NCBI GenBank assembly: GCA_964016885.1
Contig: OZ024740.1
Span: 16,554,001 to 16,618,000 of the forward strand
Direction of reading: 5' to 3'
Source of the DNA: Eledone cirrhosa
Lineage: Eukaryota
Length of the DNA stretch: 64,000 nt
The translations under genes were made by a program, and so were the position numbers. Under the pieces are notes generated by a model that was given only the letters and a program-made list of their open reading frames with translations, was not told where the DNA came from and did not search any database. Positions 13,201 to 26,349 of this stretch are shown here, one piece after another (the stretch's first letter is position 1; every line of letters begins with the position of its first letter).

Positions 13201-16200
13201 GAGCTTTACAGGGAGATATCAGAGTAAATATGGTGGTTTCTGGGCAGAGCTTTACAGGGAGATATCAGAGTAAATATGGTGGCTTCTAGACAAAGCTTTA
13301 CAGGGAGACATCAGTGTAAATATAGTGGCTTCTGGAGAGAGGATTACAGGGAGACATCAGTGTAAATATGTTGGCTTCTAGACAGAGGTTTACAGGGAGA
13401 CATCAGTGTAAATATGGTGGCTTCTGGATAGAGGTTTACAGGGAGACATCAGTGTAAATATGGTGGCTTCTGGACAGAGGTTTACAGGGAGACATCAGTG
13501 TAAATATGGTGGCATCTAGACAGAGATTTACAGGGAGACATCAGAGTAAATATGGTGGCTTCTAGATAGAGGTTTACCGGGAGACTTCAGTGTAAATATG
13601 GTGGCTTCTAGACAGAGGTTTACTGGGAGACATCACTGTAAATATGGTGGCTTCTAGACAGAGGTTTACTGAGAGACATCAGTGTAAATATGGTGGCTTC
13701 TAGACAGAGCTTTACAGGGAGACATCAGTGTAAATATGGTGGCTTCTGGACAGATGTTTACAGGTAGACATCAGTGTAAATATGTTGGCTTCTAGACAGA
13801 GGTTTACAGGGAGACATCAGTGTAAATATGGTGGCTTCTGGATAGAGGTTTACAGGGAGACATCAGTGTAAATAGGGTGGCTTCTGGACAGAGGTTTACA
13901 GGGAGACATCAGTGTAAATATGGTGGCTTCTGGACAGAGCTTTACAGGGAGATATCAGTGTAAATATGGTGGCTTCTGGACAGAGGTCTACAGGGAGACA
14001 TCAGTGTAAATATGGTGGCATCTGGACAGAGGTTTACAGGGAGACATAAGTGTAAATATGGTGGGCCTAGACAGGTTTACAAGGAGACATCTGTGTAAAT
14101 ATGGTGGCTTCTGGACAGATGTTTACAGGGAGAAATCAGTGTAAATATGGTGGCTTCTAGACAGAGCTTTACAGGGAGACATCAGTGTAAATATGGTTGC
14201 TTCTAGACAGAGGTTTACAGGGAGACATCAGCGTAAGTATGGTGGCTTCTGGACAGAGGTTTACAGGGAGACATCAGTGTATATATGGTGGCTTCTGGAT
14301 AGAGGTTTGCAGGGAGACATCAGTGTAAATATGGTGGCTTCTGGACAGAGGTTTACAGGGAGACATCAGTGTAAATATGGTGGCTTCTGGACAGAGGTTT
14401 ACAGGGAGATATCAATGTAAATATGGTGGCTTATGGACAGAGGTTTACAGGGAGACATCAGTGTAAATATGGTGGCTTCTAGACAGAGCTTTACAGGGAG
14501 ACATTAGTGTAAATATGGTGGCTTCTGGACAGAGGTTTACAGGGAGATATCAGAGTAAATATGGTGGCTTCTAGACAAAGCTTTACAGGGAGACATCAGT
14601 GTAAATGTGGTGGCTTCTAGACAGAGGTTTACTGGGAGACATCTGTGTAAATATGGTGGCTTCTAGACAAAGTTTTACAGGGAGAAATCAGTGTAAATAT
14701 GGTGGCTTCTAGACAGAGCTTTACAGGGAGACATCAGTGTAAATATGGTGGCTTCTAGACAGAGCTTTACAGGGAGACATCAGTGTAAAAATGGTTGCTT
14801 CTGGACAGAGGTTTACAGGGAGACATCAGTGTAAATATGGTGGCTTCTGGACAGATGTTTACAGGGAGACATCAGTGTAAATATATTGGCTTCTAGACAG
14901 AGGTTTACAGGGAGACATCAGTGTAAATATGGTGGCTTCTGGATAGAGGTTTACAGGGAGACATCAGTGTAAATATGGTGGCTTCTGGACAGAGGTTTAC
15001 AGGGAGACATCAGTGTAAATATGGTGGCAGCTGGACAGAGGTTTACAGGGACACATCAGTGTAAATATGGTGGCTTCTGGACAGAGCTTTACAGGGAGAC
15101 ATCAGTGGTGTAAATATGGTGGCTTCTGGACAGAGATTTACAGGGAGACATCAGTGTAAATATGGTGGCATCTGGACAAAGGTTTACAGGGACACATCAG
15201 TGTAAATATGGTGACTTCTAGACAGAGCTTTTCAGGGAGATATCAGAGTAAATATGGTGGCTTCTGGACAGAGGTTTACAGGGAGACATCAGTGTAAATA
15301 AGGTAGCTTCTAGACGGAGGTTTACAGGGAGACATCAGTGTAAATATGGTGGCTTCTGGATAGAGGTTTACAGGGAGACATCAGTGTAAATATGGTGGCT
15401 TCTGGACAGAGTTTACAGGGAGGCATTAGTGTAAATATGGTGGCTTCTGGACAGAGGTTTATAGGGAGATATCAGTGTTAATATGGTGGCTTCTGGACAG
15501 AGGTTTACAGGGAGACATCAGTGTAAATGTGGTGGCATCTGGACAGAGGTTTACAATGAGACATCGGTGTAAATATGGTGGCTTCTGGACAGAGCTTTAC
15601 AGGGAGACATGAGTGTAAATATGGTGGCTTCTAGACAGAGGTTTACAGGGAGACATCAGTGTAAATATGGTGGCTTCTAGACAGAGGTTTACAGGGAGAC
15701 ATCAGTCTAAATATGGTGGTTTCTAGACGGAGGTTTACAGGGAGATATCAGTGTAAATATGGTGTCTTCTGGACAGAGGTTTACAGGGAGATATCAGTGT
15801 AAATATGGTGTCTTCTGGACAGAGCTTTACAGGGAGATATCAGAGTAAATATGGTGGCTTCTGGACAGAGCTTTACAGGGAGATATCAGAGTAAATATGG
15901 TGGCTTCTACACAAAGCTTTACAGGGAGACATCAGTGTAAATATGGTGGCATCTAGACAGAGATTTACAGGGAGACATCAGAGTAAATATGGTGGCTTCT
16001 AGATAGAGGTTTACAGGAAGACTTCAGTGTAAATATGGTGGCTTCTAGACAGACGTTTACTGGGAGACATCAGTGTAAATATGGTGGCTTCTAGACAGAG
16101 CTTTACAGGGAGACATCAGTGTAAATATGGTGGCTTCTGGACAGAGGTTTACAGGGAGATATCAGTGTAAATATGGTGGCTTCTAGACAGAGCTTTACAG

Positions 16201-16854
16201 GGAGACATCAATGTAAATATGGTGGCTTCTGGACAGAGGTTTACAGGGAGACATCAGTGTAAATATGGTGGCTTCTGGACAGAGCTTTACAGAGAGACAT
16301 TAGTGTAAATATGGTGGCTTCTAGACAGAGGTTTACAGGGAGACATCAGTGTAAATATGGTGGCATCTGGACAAAGGTTTACAGGGACACATCAGTGTAA
16401 ATATGGTGGCTTCTAGACAGAGCTTTACAGCGAGATATCAGAGTAAATATGGTGGCTTCTAGACAGAGGTTTACAGGGAGATATCAGAGTAAATATGGTG
16501 GCTTCTGGACAGAGGTTTACAGGGAGACATCAGTGTAAATATGGTGGCTTCTAGACAGAGGTTTACAGGTAGAGATCAGTGTAAATATGGTGGCTTCTAG
16601 ACGGAGGTTTACAGGGAGATATCAGTGTAAATATGGTGTCTTCTGGACAGAGGTTTACAGGGAGATATTAGTGTAAATATGGTGTCTTCTGGACAGAGGT
16701 TTACAGGGAGACATTAGTGTAAATATGGTGGCTTCTGGACAGAGCTTTACAGGGAGACATCAGTGTAAATATCGTGGCTTCTGGACAGAGGTTTACAGGG
16801 AGACATCAGTGTAAATATGGTTGCTTCTAGACAGAGGTTTACAGGGAGACATCA

Positions 16855-17755
16855 GTGTACATATGGTGGCTTCTAGACAGAGGTTTACAGGGAGACATCA
16901 GTGTAAATATGGTGGCTTCTAGACAGAGGTTTACAGGGAGTCATCAGTGTAAATATGGTGGTTTCTAGACGGAGGTTTACAGGGAGATATGAGTGTAAAT
17001 ATGGTGTCTTCTGGACAGAGGTTTACAGGGAGATATGAGTGTAAATATGGTGTCTTCTGGACAGAGCTTTACAGGGAGGTATCAGAGTAAATATGGTGGT
17101 TTCTGGGCAGAGCTTTACAGGGAGATATCAGAGTAAATATGGTGGCTTCTAGACAAAGCTTTACAGGGAGACATCAGTGTAAATATAGTGGCTTCTGGAG
17201 AGAGGATTACAGGGAGACATCAGTGTAAATATGTTGGCTTCTAGACAGAGGTTTACAGGGAGACATCAGTGTAAATATGGTGGCTTCTGGATAGAGGTTT
17301 ACAGGGAGACATCAGTGTAAATATGGTGGCTTCTGGACAGAGGTTTACAGGGAGACATCAGTGTAAATATGGTGGCATCTAGACAGAGATTTACAGGGAG
17401 ACATCAGAGTAAATATGGTGGCTTCTAGATAGAGGTTTACCGGGAGACTTCAGTGTAAATATGGTGGCTTCTAGACAGAGGTTTACTGGGAGACATCACT
17501 GTAAATATGGTGGCTTCTAGACAGAGGTTTACTGAGAGACATCAGTGTAAATATGGTGGCTTCTAGACAGAGCTTTACAGGGAGACATCAGTGTAAATAT
17601 GGTGGCTTCTGGACAGATGTTTACAGGTAGACATCAGTGTAAATATGTTGGCTTCTAGACAGAGGTTTACAGGGAGACATCAGTGTAAATATGGTGGCTT
17701 CTGGATAGAGGTTTACAGGGAGACATCAGTGTAAATAGGGTGGCTTCTGGACAGA
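16855..17755 (+). repeat. About 0.9-kb block that is a copy of about 12990-13890 (offset 3,863 bp = 84 monomers minus 1 bp)
   Basis: Rare variants gtgtacatat (~12992/~16855) and aaatagggtgg (~13870/~17733) bracket both copies, with gggagtcatc, ttaccgggagactt, catcactgt and actgagag in the same order between them. Confidence 0.85.
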
Positions 17756-20700
17756 GGTTTACAGGGAGATATCAGAGTAAATATGGTGGCTTCTGGACAG
17801 AGCTTTACAGGGAGATATCAGAGTAAATATGGTGGCTTCTAGGCAAAGCTTTACAGGGAGGCATCAGAGTAAATATGGTGGCATCTAGACAGAGATTTAC
17901 AGGGAGACATCAGAGTAAATATGGTGGCTTCTAGATAGAGGTTTACAGGGAGACTTCAGTGTAAATATGGTGGCTTCTAGACAGACGTTTACTGGGAGAC
18001 ATCAGTGTAAATATGGTGGCTTCTAGACAGAGCTTTACAGGGAGACATCAGTGTAAATATGGTGGCTTCTGGACAGAGGTTTACAGGGAGATATCAGTGT
18101 AAATATGGTGGCTTCTAGACAGAGCTTTACAGGGAGACATCAATGTAAATATGGTGGCTTCTGGACAGAGGTTTACAGGGAGACATCAGAGTAAATATGG
18201 TTGCTTCTAGACAGAGCTTTACAGGGAGACATCAGTGTAAATATGGTGGCATCTGGACAGAGGTTTACAGGGAGACATCAGTGTAAATATGGTGGCTTCT
18301 GGACAGGGCTGTACAGAGAGACATTAGTGTAAATATGGTGGCTTCTAGACAGAGGTTTACAGGGAGACATCAGTGTAAATATGGTGGCATCTGGACAAAG
18401 GTTTACAGGGACACATCAGTGTAAATATGGTGGCTTCTAGACAGAGCTTTACAGGGAGATATCAGAGTAAATATGGTGGCTTCTAGACAGAGGTTTACAG
18501 GGAGATATCAGAGTAAATATGGTGGCTTCTGGACAGAGGTTTACAGGGAGACATCAGTGTAAATATGGTGGCTTCTAGACAGAGGTTTACAGGTAGAGAT
18601 CAGTGTAAATATGGTGGCTTCTAGACGGAGGTTTACAGGGAGATATCAGTGTAAATATGGTGTCTTCTGGACAGAGGTTTACAGGGAGATATTAGTGTAA
18701 ATATGGTGTCTTCTGGACAGAGGTTTACTGGGAGACATTAGTGTAAATATGGTTGCTTCTAGACAGAGGTTTACAGGGAGACATCAGTGTAAATATGGTG
18801 GCTTCTGGGCAGAGGTTTACAGGGAGATATGAGTGTAAATATGGTGTCTTCTGGACAGAGCTTTACAGGGAGATATCAGAGTAAATATGGTGGTTTCTGG
18901 GCAGAGCTTTACAGGGAGATATCAGAGTAAATATGGTGGCTTCTAGACAAAGCTTTACAGGGAGACATCAGAGTAAATATGGTGGCTTCTAGATAGAGGT
19001 TTACCGGGAGACTTCAGTGTAAATATGGTGGCTTCTAGACAGAGGTTTACTGGGAGACATCACTGTAAATATGGTGGCTTCTAGACAGAGGTTTACTGAG
19101 AGATATCAGTGTAAATATGGTGGCTTCTAGACAAAGTTTTACAGGGAGACATCAGTGTAAATATGGTGGCTTCTAGACAGAGCTTTACAGGGAGACATCA
19201 GTGTAAATATGGTGGCTTCTAGACAGAGCTTTACAGGGAGACATCAGTGTAAAAATGGTTGCTTCTGTACAGAGGTTTACAGGGATACATCAGTGTAAAT
19301 ATGGTGGCTTCTAGACAGATGTTTACAGGTAGACATCAGTATAAATATGTTGGCTTCTAGACAGAGGTTTACAGGGAGACATCAGTGTAAATATGGTGGC
19401 TTCTGGATAGAGGTTTACAGGGAGACATCAGTGTAAATATGGTGGCTTCTGGACAGAGGTTTACAGGGAGACATCAGTGTAAATATGGTGGCTTCTGGAC
19501 AGAGCTTTACAGGGAGATATCAGTGTAAATATGGTGGCTTCTGGACAGAGGTCAACAGGGAGACATCAGTGTAAATATGGTGGCATCTGGACAGAGGTTT
19601 ACAGGGAGACATAAGTGTAAATATGGTGGGCCTAGACAGGTTTACAAGGAGACATCTGTGTAAATATGGTGGCTTCTGGACAGATGTTTACAGGGAGACA
19701 TCAGTGTAAATATGGTGGCTTCTAGACAGAGCTTTACAGGGAGACATCAGTGTAAATATGGTTGCTTCTAGACAGAGGTTTACAGGGGGACATCAGCGTA
19801 AATATGGTGGCTTCTGGACAGAGGTTTACAGGGAGACATCAGTGTATATATGGTGGCTTCTGGATAGAGGTTTGCAGGGAGACATCAGTGTAAATATGGT
19901 GGCTTCTGGACAGAGGTTTACAGGGAGACATCAGTGTAAATATGGTGGCTTCTGGACAGAGGTTTACAGGGAGATATCAATGGAAATATGGTGGCTTATG
20001 GACAGAGGTTTACAGGGAGACATCAGTGTAAATATGGTGGCTTCTAGACAGAGCTTTACAGGGAGACATTATAGTAAATATGGTGGCTTCTGGACAGAGG
20101 TTTACAGGGAGATATGAGTGTAAATATGGTGGCTTCTAGACAAAGCTTTACAGGGAGACATCAGTGTAAATGTGGTGGCTTCTAGACAGAGGTTTACTGG
20201 GTGACATCTGTGTAAATATGGTGGCTTCTAGACAAAGTTTTACAGGGAGACATCAGTGTAAATATGGTGGCTTCTAGACAGAGCTTTACAGGGAGACATC
20301 AGTGTAAATATGGTGGCTTCTAGACAGAGCTTTACAGGGAGACATCAGTGTAAAAATGGTTGCTTCTGGACAGAGGTTTACAGGGAGACATCAGTGTAAA
20401 TATGGTGGCTTCTGGACAGATGTTTACAGGGAGACATCAGTGTAAATATATTGGCTTCTAGACAGAGGTTTACAGGGAGACATCAGTGTAAATATGGTGG
20501 CTTCTGGATAGAGGTTTACAGGGAGACATCAGTGTAAATATGGTGGCTTCTGGACAGAGGTTTACAGGGAGACATCAGTGTAAATATGGTGGCAGCTGGA
20601 CAGAGGTTTACAGGGACACATCAGTGTAAATATGGTGGCTTCTGGACAGAGCTTTACAGGGAGACATCAGTGGTGTAAATATGGTGGCTTCTGGACAGAG

Positions 20701-23700
20701 ATTTACAGGGAGACATCAGTGTAAATATGGTGGCATCTGGACAAAGGTTTACAGGGACACATCAGTGTAAATATGGTGACTTCTAGACAGAGCTTTTCAG
20801 GGAGATATCAGAGTAAATATGGTGGCTTCTGGACAGAGGTTTACAGGGAGACATCAGTGTAAATATGGTGGCTTCTAGACGGAGGTTTACAGGGAGACAT
20901 CAGTGTAAATATGGTGGCTTCTGGATAGAGGTTTACAGGGAGACATCAGTGTAAATATGGTGGCTTCTGGACAGAGTTTACAGGGAGGCATTAGTGTAAA
21001 TATGGTGGCTTCTGGACAGAGGTTTATAGGGAGATATCAGTGTTAATATGGTGGCTTCTGGACAGAGGTTTACAGGGAGACATCAGTGTAAATGTGGTGG
21101 CATCTGGACAGAGGTTTACAATGAGACATCGGTGTAAATATGGTGGCTTCTGGACAGAGCTTTACAGGGAGACATCAGTGTAAATATGGTGGCTTCTAGA
21201 CAGAGCTTTACAGGGAGACATCAGTGTAAATATGGTGGCTTCTGGACAGAGGTTTACAGGGAGATATCAGTGTAAATATGGTGGCTTCTAGACAGAGCTT
21301 TACAGGGAGACATCAATGTAAATATGGTGGCTTCTGGACAGAGGTTTACAGGGAGACATCAGTGTAAATATGGTGGCATCTGGACTTAGGTTTACAGGGA
21401 GACATCAGTGTAAATATGGTGGCTTCTGGACAGAGCTTTACAGAGAGACATTAGTGTAAATATGGTGGCTTCTAGACAGAGGTTTACACCGAGATATCAG
21501 AGTAAATATGGTGGCTTCTAGACAGAGGTTTACAGGGAGATATCAGAGTAAATATGGTGGCTTCTGGACAGAGGTTTACAGGGAGACATCGGTGTAAATA
21601 TGGTGTCTTCTGGACAGAGGTTTACAGGGAGATATTAGTGTATATATGGTGTCTTCTGGACAGAGGTTTAATGGGAGACATTAGTGTAAATATGGTGGCT
21701 TCTGGACAGAGCTTTACAGGGAGACATCAGTGTAAATATCGTGGCTTCTGGACAGAGGTTTACAGGGAGACATCAGTGTAAATATGGTTGCTTCTAGACA
21801 GAGGTTTACAGGGAGACATCAGTGTAAATATGGTGGCTTCTGGGCAGAGGTTTACAGGAAGACATCAGTGTAAAAATGGTGCCTTCTAGACAGAGCTTTA
21901 CAGGGAGACATCAGTGTAAATATGGTTGCTTCTAGACAGAGGTTTACAGGGAGACATCAGTATAAATATGGTGGCTTCTGGACAGAGCTTTACAGGGAGA
22001 TATCAGAGTAAATATGGTGGCTTCTGGACAGAGCTTTACAGGGAGATATCAGAGTAAATATGGTGGCTTCTAGACAAAGCTTTACAGGGAGACATCAGAG
22101 TAAATATGGTGGCATCTAGACAGAGATTTACAGGGAGACATCAGAGTAAATATGGTGGCTTCTAGATAGAGGTTTACAGGGAGACTTCAGTGTAAATATG
22201 GTGGCTTCTAGACAGACGTTTACTGGGAGACATCAGTGTAAATATGGTGGCTTCTAGACAGAGCTTTACAGGGAGACATCAGTGTAAATATGGTGGCTTC
22301 TGGACAGAGGTTTACAGGGAGATATCAGTGTAAATATGGTGGCTTCTAGACAGAGCTTTACAGGGAGACATCAATGTAAATATGGTGGCTTCTGGACAGA
22401 GGTTTACAGGGAGACATCAGAGTAAATATGGTTGCTTCTAGACAGAGCTTTACAGGGAGACATCAGTGTAAATATGGTGGCATCTGGACTGAGGTTTACA
22501 GGGAGACATCAGTGTAAATATGGTGGCTTCTGGACAGAGCTTTACAGAGAGACATTAGTGTAAATATGGTGGCTTCTAGACAGAGGTTTACAGGGAGACA
22601 TCAGTGTAAATATGGTGGCATCTGGACAAAGGTTTACAGGGACACATCAGTGTAAATATGGTGGCTTCTAGACAGAGCTTTACAGGGAGATATCAGAGTA
22701 AATATGGTGGCTTCTAGACAGAGGTTTACAGGGAGATATCAGAGTAAATATGGTGGCTTCTGGACAGAGGTTTACAGGGAGACATCAGTGTAAATATGGT
22801 GGCTTCTAGACAGAGGTTTACAGGTAGAGATCAGTGTAAATATGGTGGCTTCTAGACGGAGGTTTACAGGGAGATATCAGTGTAAATATGGTGTCTTCTG
22901 GAGAGAGGTTTACAGGGAGATATTAGTGTAAATATGGTGTCTTCTGGACAGAGGTTTACTGGGAGACATTAGTGTAAATATGGTGGCTTCTGGACAGAGC
23001 TTTACAGGGAGACATCAGTGTAAATATCGTGGCTTCTGGACAGAGGTTTACAGGGAGACATCAGTGTAAATATGGTTGCTTCTAGACAGAGGTTTACAGG
23101 GAGACATAAGTGTAAATATGGTGGCTTCTGGGCAGAGGTTTACAGGAAGACATCAGTGTAAAAATGGTGTCTTCTAGACAGAGCTTTACAGGGAGACATC
23201 AGTGTGAATATGTTGGCTTCTAGACAGATGTTTACAGGGAGACATCAGTGTAAATATGGTGGCTTCTGGATAGAGGTTTACAGGGAGACATCAGTGTAAA
23301 TATGGTGGCTTCTGGACAGAGGTTTACAGGGAGACATCAGTGTAAATATGGTGGCTTCTGGACAGAGGTTTACAGGGAGACATCAGAGTTAATATGCTGG
23401 CTTCTAGACAGAGCTTTCCAGGGAGATATCAGAGTAAATATGGTGGCTTCTAGACAAAGCTTTACAGGGAGACATCAGTGTAAATATGGTGGCTTCTAGA
23501 CAGAGCTTTACAGGGAGACATCAGTGTAAATATGGTGGCTTCTAGACAAAGCTTTACAGGGAGACATCAGTGTAAATATGGTGGCTTCTAGACAAAGCTT
23601 TACACGGAGACATCAGTGTAAATATGGTGGCTTCTTGACAGAGCTTTACAGGGAAACATCAGTGTAAATATGGTGGCTTCTGGACACAGGTTTACAGGGA

Positions 23701-26349
23701 GATATCAGTGTAAATATGGTGGCTTCTAGACAGAGCTTTGCAGGGAGACATCAGTGTAAATATGGTGGCTTCTGGACAGAGGTTTACAGGGAGATATCAG
23801 AGTAAATATAGTGGCTTCTGGACAGAGGTTTACAGGGAGACATCAGTGTAAATATGGTGGCTTCTAGACAGAGCTTTACAGGGAGATATCAGTGTAAATA
23901 TGGTGGCTTCTGGACAGAGGTTTACAAGGAGACATCAGTGTAAATATGGTGGCTTCTGGACAGAGCTTTACAGGGAGACATTAGTGTAAATATGGTGGCT
24001 TCTAGACAGAGCTTTACAGGGGGATATCAGAGGAAATATAGTGGCTTCTGGACAGAGGTTTACAAGGAGACATCAGTGTAAATATGGTGGCATATGGACA
24101 AAGGTTTACAGGGACACATCAGTGTAAATATGGTGGCTTCTAGACAGAGCTTTACAGGGAGACATCAGTGTAAATATGGTGGCTTCTGGATAGAGGTTTA
24201 CAGGTAGACATCAGTGTAAATATGGTGGCTTCTGGACAGAGGTTTACAGGGAGACATTAGTGTAAATATGGTGGCTTCTGGACAGAGCTTTACAGGGAGA
24301 CATCAGTGTAAATATTGTGGCTTCTAGACAGAGGTTTACAGGGAGACATCAGTGTAAATATGGTGGCTTCTAGACAGAGGTTTACAGGGAGATATCAGTG
24401 TAAATATGGTGTTATCTGGACAAAGCTTTACAGGGAGATATCAGAGTAAATATGGTGGCTTCTAGACAAAGCTTTACAGGGAGACATCAGTGTAAATATG
24501 GTGGCTTCTAGACAGAGGTTTACTGGGAGACATCAGTGTAAATATGGTGGCTTCTAGACAGAGCTTTACAGGGAGACATCAGTGTAAATATGGTGGCATC
24601 TGGACAAAGGTTTACAGGGACACATCAGTGTAAATATGGTGGCTTCTAGACAGAGCTTTACAGGGAGATATCAGAGTAAATATGGTGGCTTCTGGACAGA
24701 GCTTTACAGGGAGATATCAGAGTAAATATGGTGGCTTCTGGACAGAGCTTTACAGGGAGATATCAGAGTAAATATGGTGGCTTCTAGACAAAGCTTTACA
24801 GGGAGACATCAGAGTAAATATGGTGGCATCTAGACAGAGATTTACAGGGAGACATCAGAGTAAATATGGTGGCTTCTAGATAGAGGATTTACAGGGAGAC
24901 TTCAGTGTAAATATGGTGGCTTCTAGACAGACGTTTACTGGGAGACATCAGTGTAAATATGGTGGCTTCTAGACAGAGCTTTACAGGGAGACATCAGTGT
25001 AAATATGGTGGCTTCTGGACAGAGGTTTACAGGGAGATATCAGTGTAAATATGGTGGCTTCTAGACAGAGCTTTACAGGGAGACATCAATGTAAATATGG
25101 TGGCTTCTGGACAGAGGTTTACAGGGAGACATCAGAGTAAATATGGTTGCTTCTAGACAGAGCTTTACAGGGAGACATCAGTGTAAATATGGTGGCATCT
25201 GGACAGAGGTTTACAGGGAAACATCAGTGTAAATATGGTGGCTTCTGGACAGAGCTTTACAGAGAGACATTAGTGTAAATATGGTGGCTTCTAGACAGAG
25301 GTTTACAGGGAGACATCAGTGTAAATATGGTGGCATCTGGACAAAGGTTTACAGGGACACATCAGTGTAAATATGGTGGCTTCTAGACAGAGCTTTACAG
25401 GGAGATATCAGAGTAAATATGGTGGCTTCTAGACAGAGGTTTACAGGGAGATATCAGAGTAAATATGGTGGCTTCTGGACAGAGGTTTACAGGGAGACAT
25501 CAGTGTAAATATGGTGGCTTCTAGACAGAGGTTTACAGGTAGAGATCAGTGTAAATATGGTGGCTTCTAGACGGAGGTTTACAGGGAGATATCAGTGTAA
25601 ATATGGTGTCTTCTGGACAGAGGTTTACAGGGAGATATTAGTGTAAATATGGTGTCTTCTGGACAGAGGTTTACTGGGAGACATTAGTGTAAATATGGTG
25701 GCTTCTGGACAGAGCTTTACAGGGAGACATCAGTGTAAATATCGTGGCTTCTGGACAGAGGTTTACAGGGAGACATCAGTGTAAATATGGTTGCTTCTAG
25801 ACAGAGGTTTACAGGGAGACATCAGTGTAAATATGGTGGCTTCTGGGCAGAGGTTTACAGGAAGACATCAGTGTAAAAATGGTGTCTTCTAGACAGAGCT
25901 TTACAGGGAGACATCAGTGTAAATATGGTTGCTTCTAGACAGAGGTTTACAGGGAGACATCAGTGTAAATATGGTGGCTTCTGGACAGAGGTTTACAGGG
26001 AGACATCAGTGTAAAAATGGTGGCTTCTGGACAGAGGTTTACAGGGAGACATCAGTGTAAATATGGTGGCTTCTGGACAGAGGTTTACAGGGAGACATCA
26101 GTGTGAATATGTTGGCTTCTAGACAGATGTTTACAGGGAGACATCAGTGTAAATATGGTGGCTTCTGGATAGAGGTTTACAGGGAGACATCAGTGTAAAT
26201 ATGGTGGCTTCTGGACAGAGGTTTACAGGGAGACATCAGTGTAAATATGGTGGCTTCTGGACAGAGGTTTACAGGGAGACATCAGAGTTAATATGCTGGC
26301 TTCTAGACAGAGCTTTCCAGGGAGATATCAGAGTAAATATGGTGGCTTC

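Larger units (their letters stand above)
1..23920 (+). repeat. Largest higher-order duplication: about 1-9350 recurs at about 13979-23920 (offsets 13,978-14,668 bp; 304-319 monomers), interrupted by an inserted block
   Basis: Rare variants in the same order: cagcgtaagtat (~251/~14229), aaataaggtagc (~1272/~15297), ctaggcaaagc (~3125/~17839), ggtcaacag (~4882/~19550), ggacttagg (~6713/~21382), tttaatggg (~7091/~21667). Matching ORF pairs 215/14193, 5090/19758, 6978/21554, 8726/23302. Confidence 0.9.
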
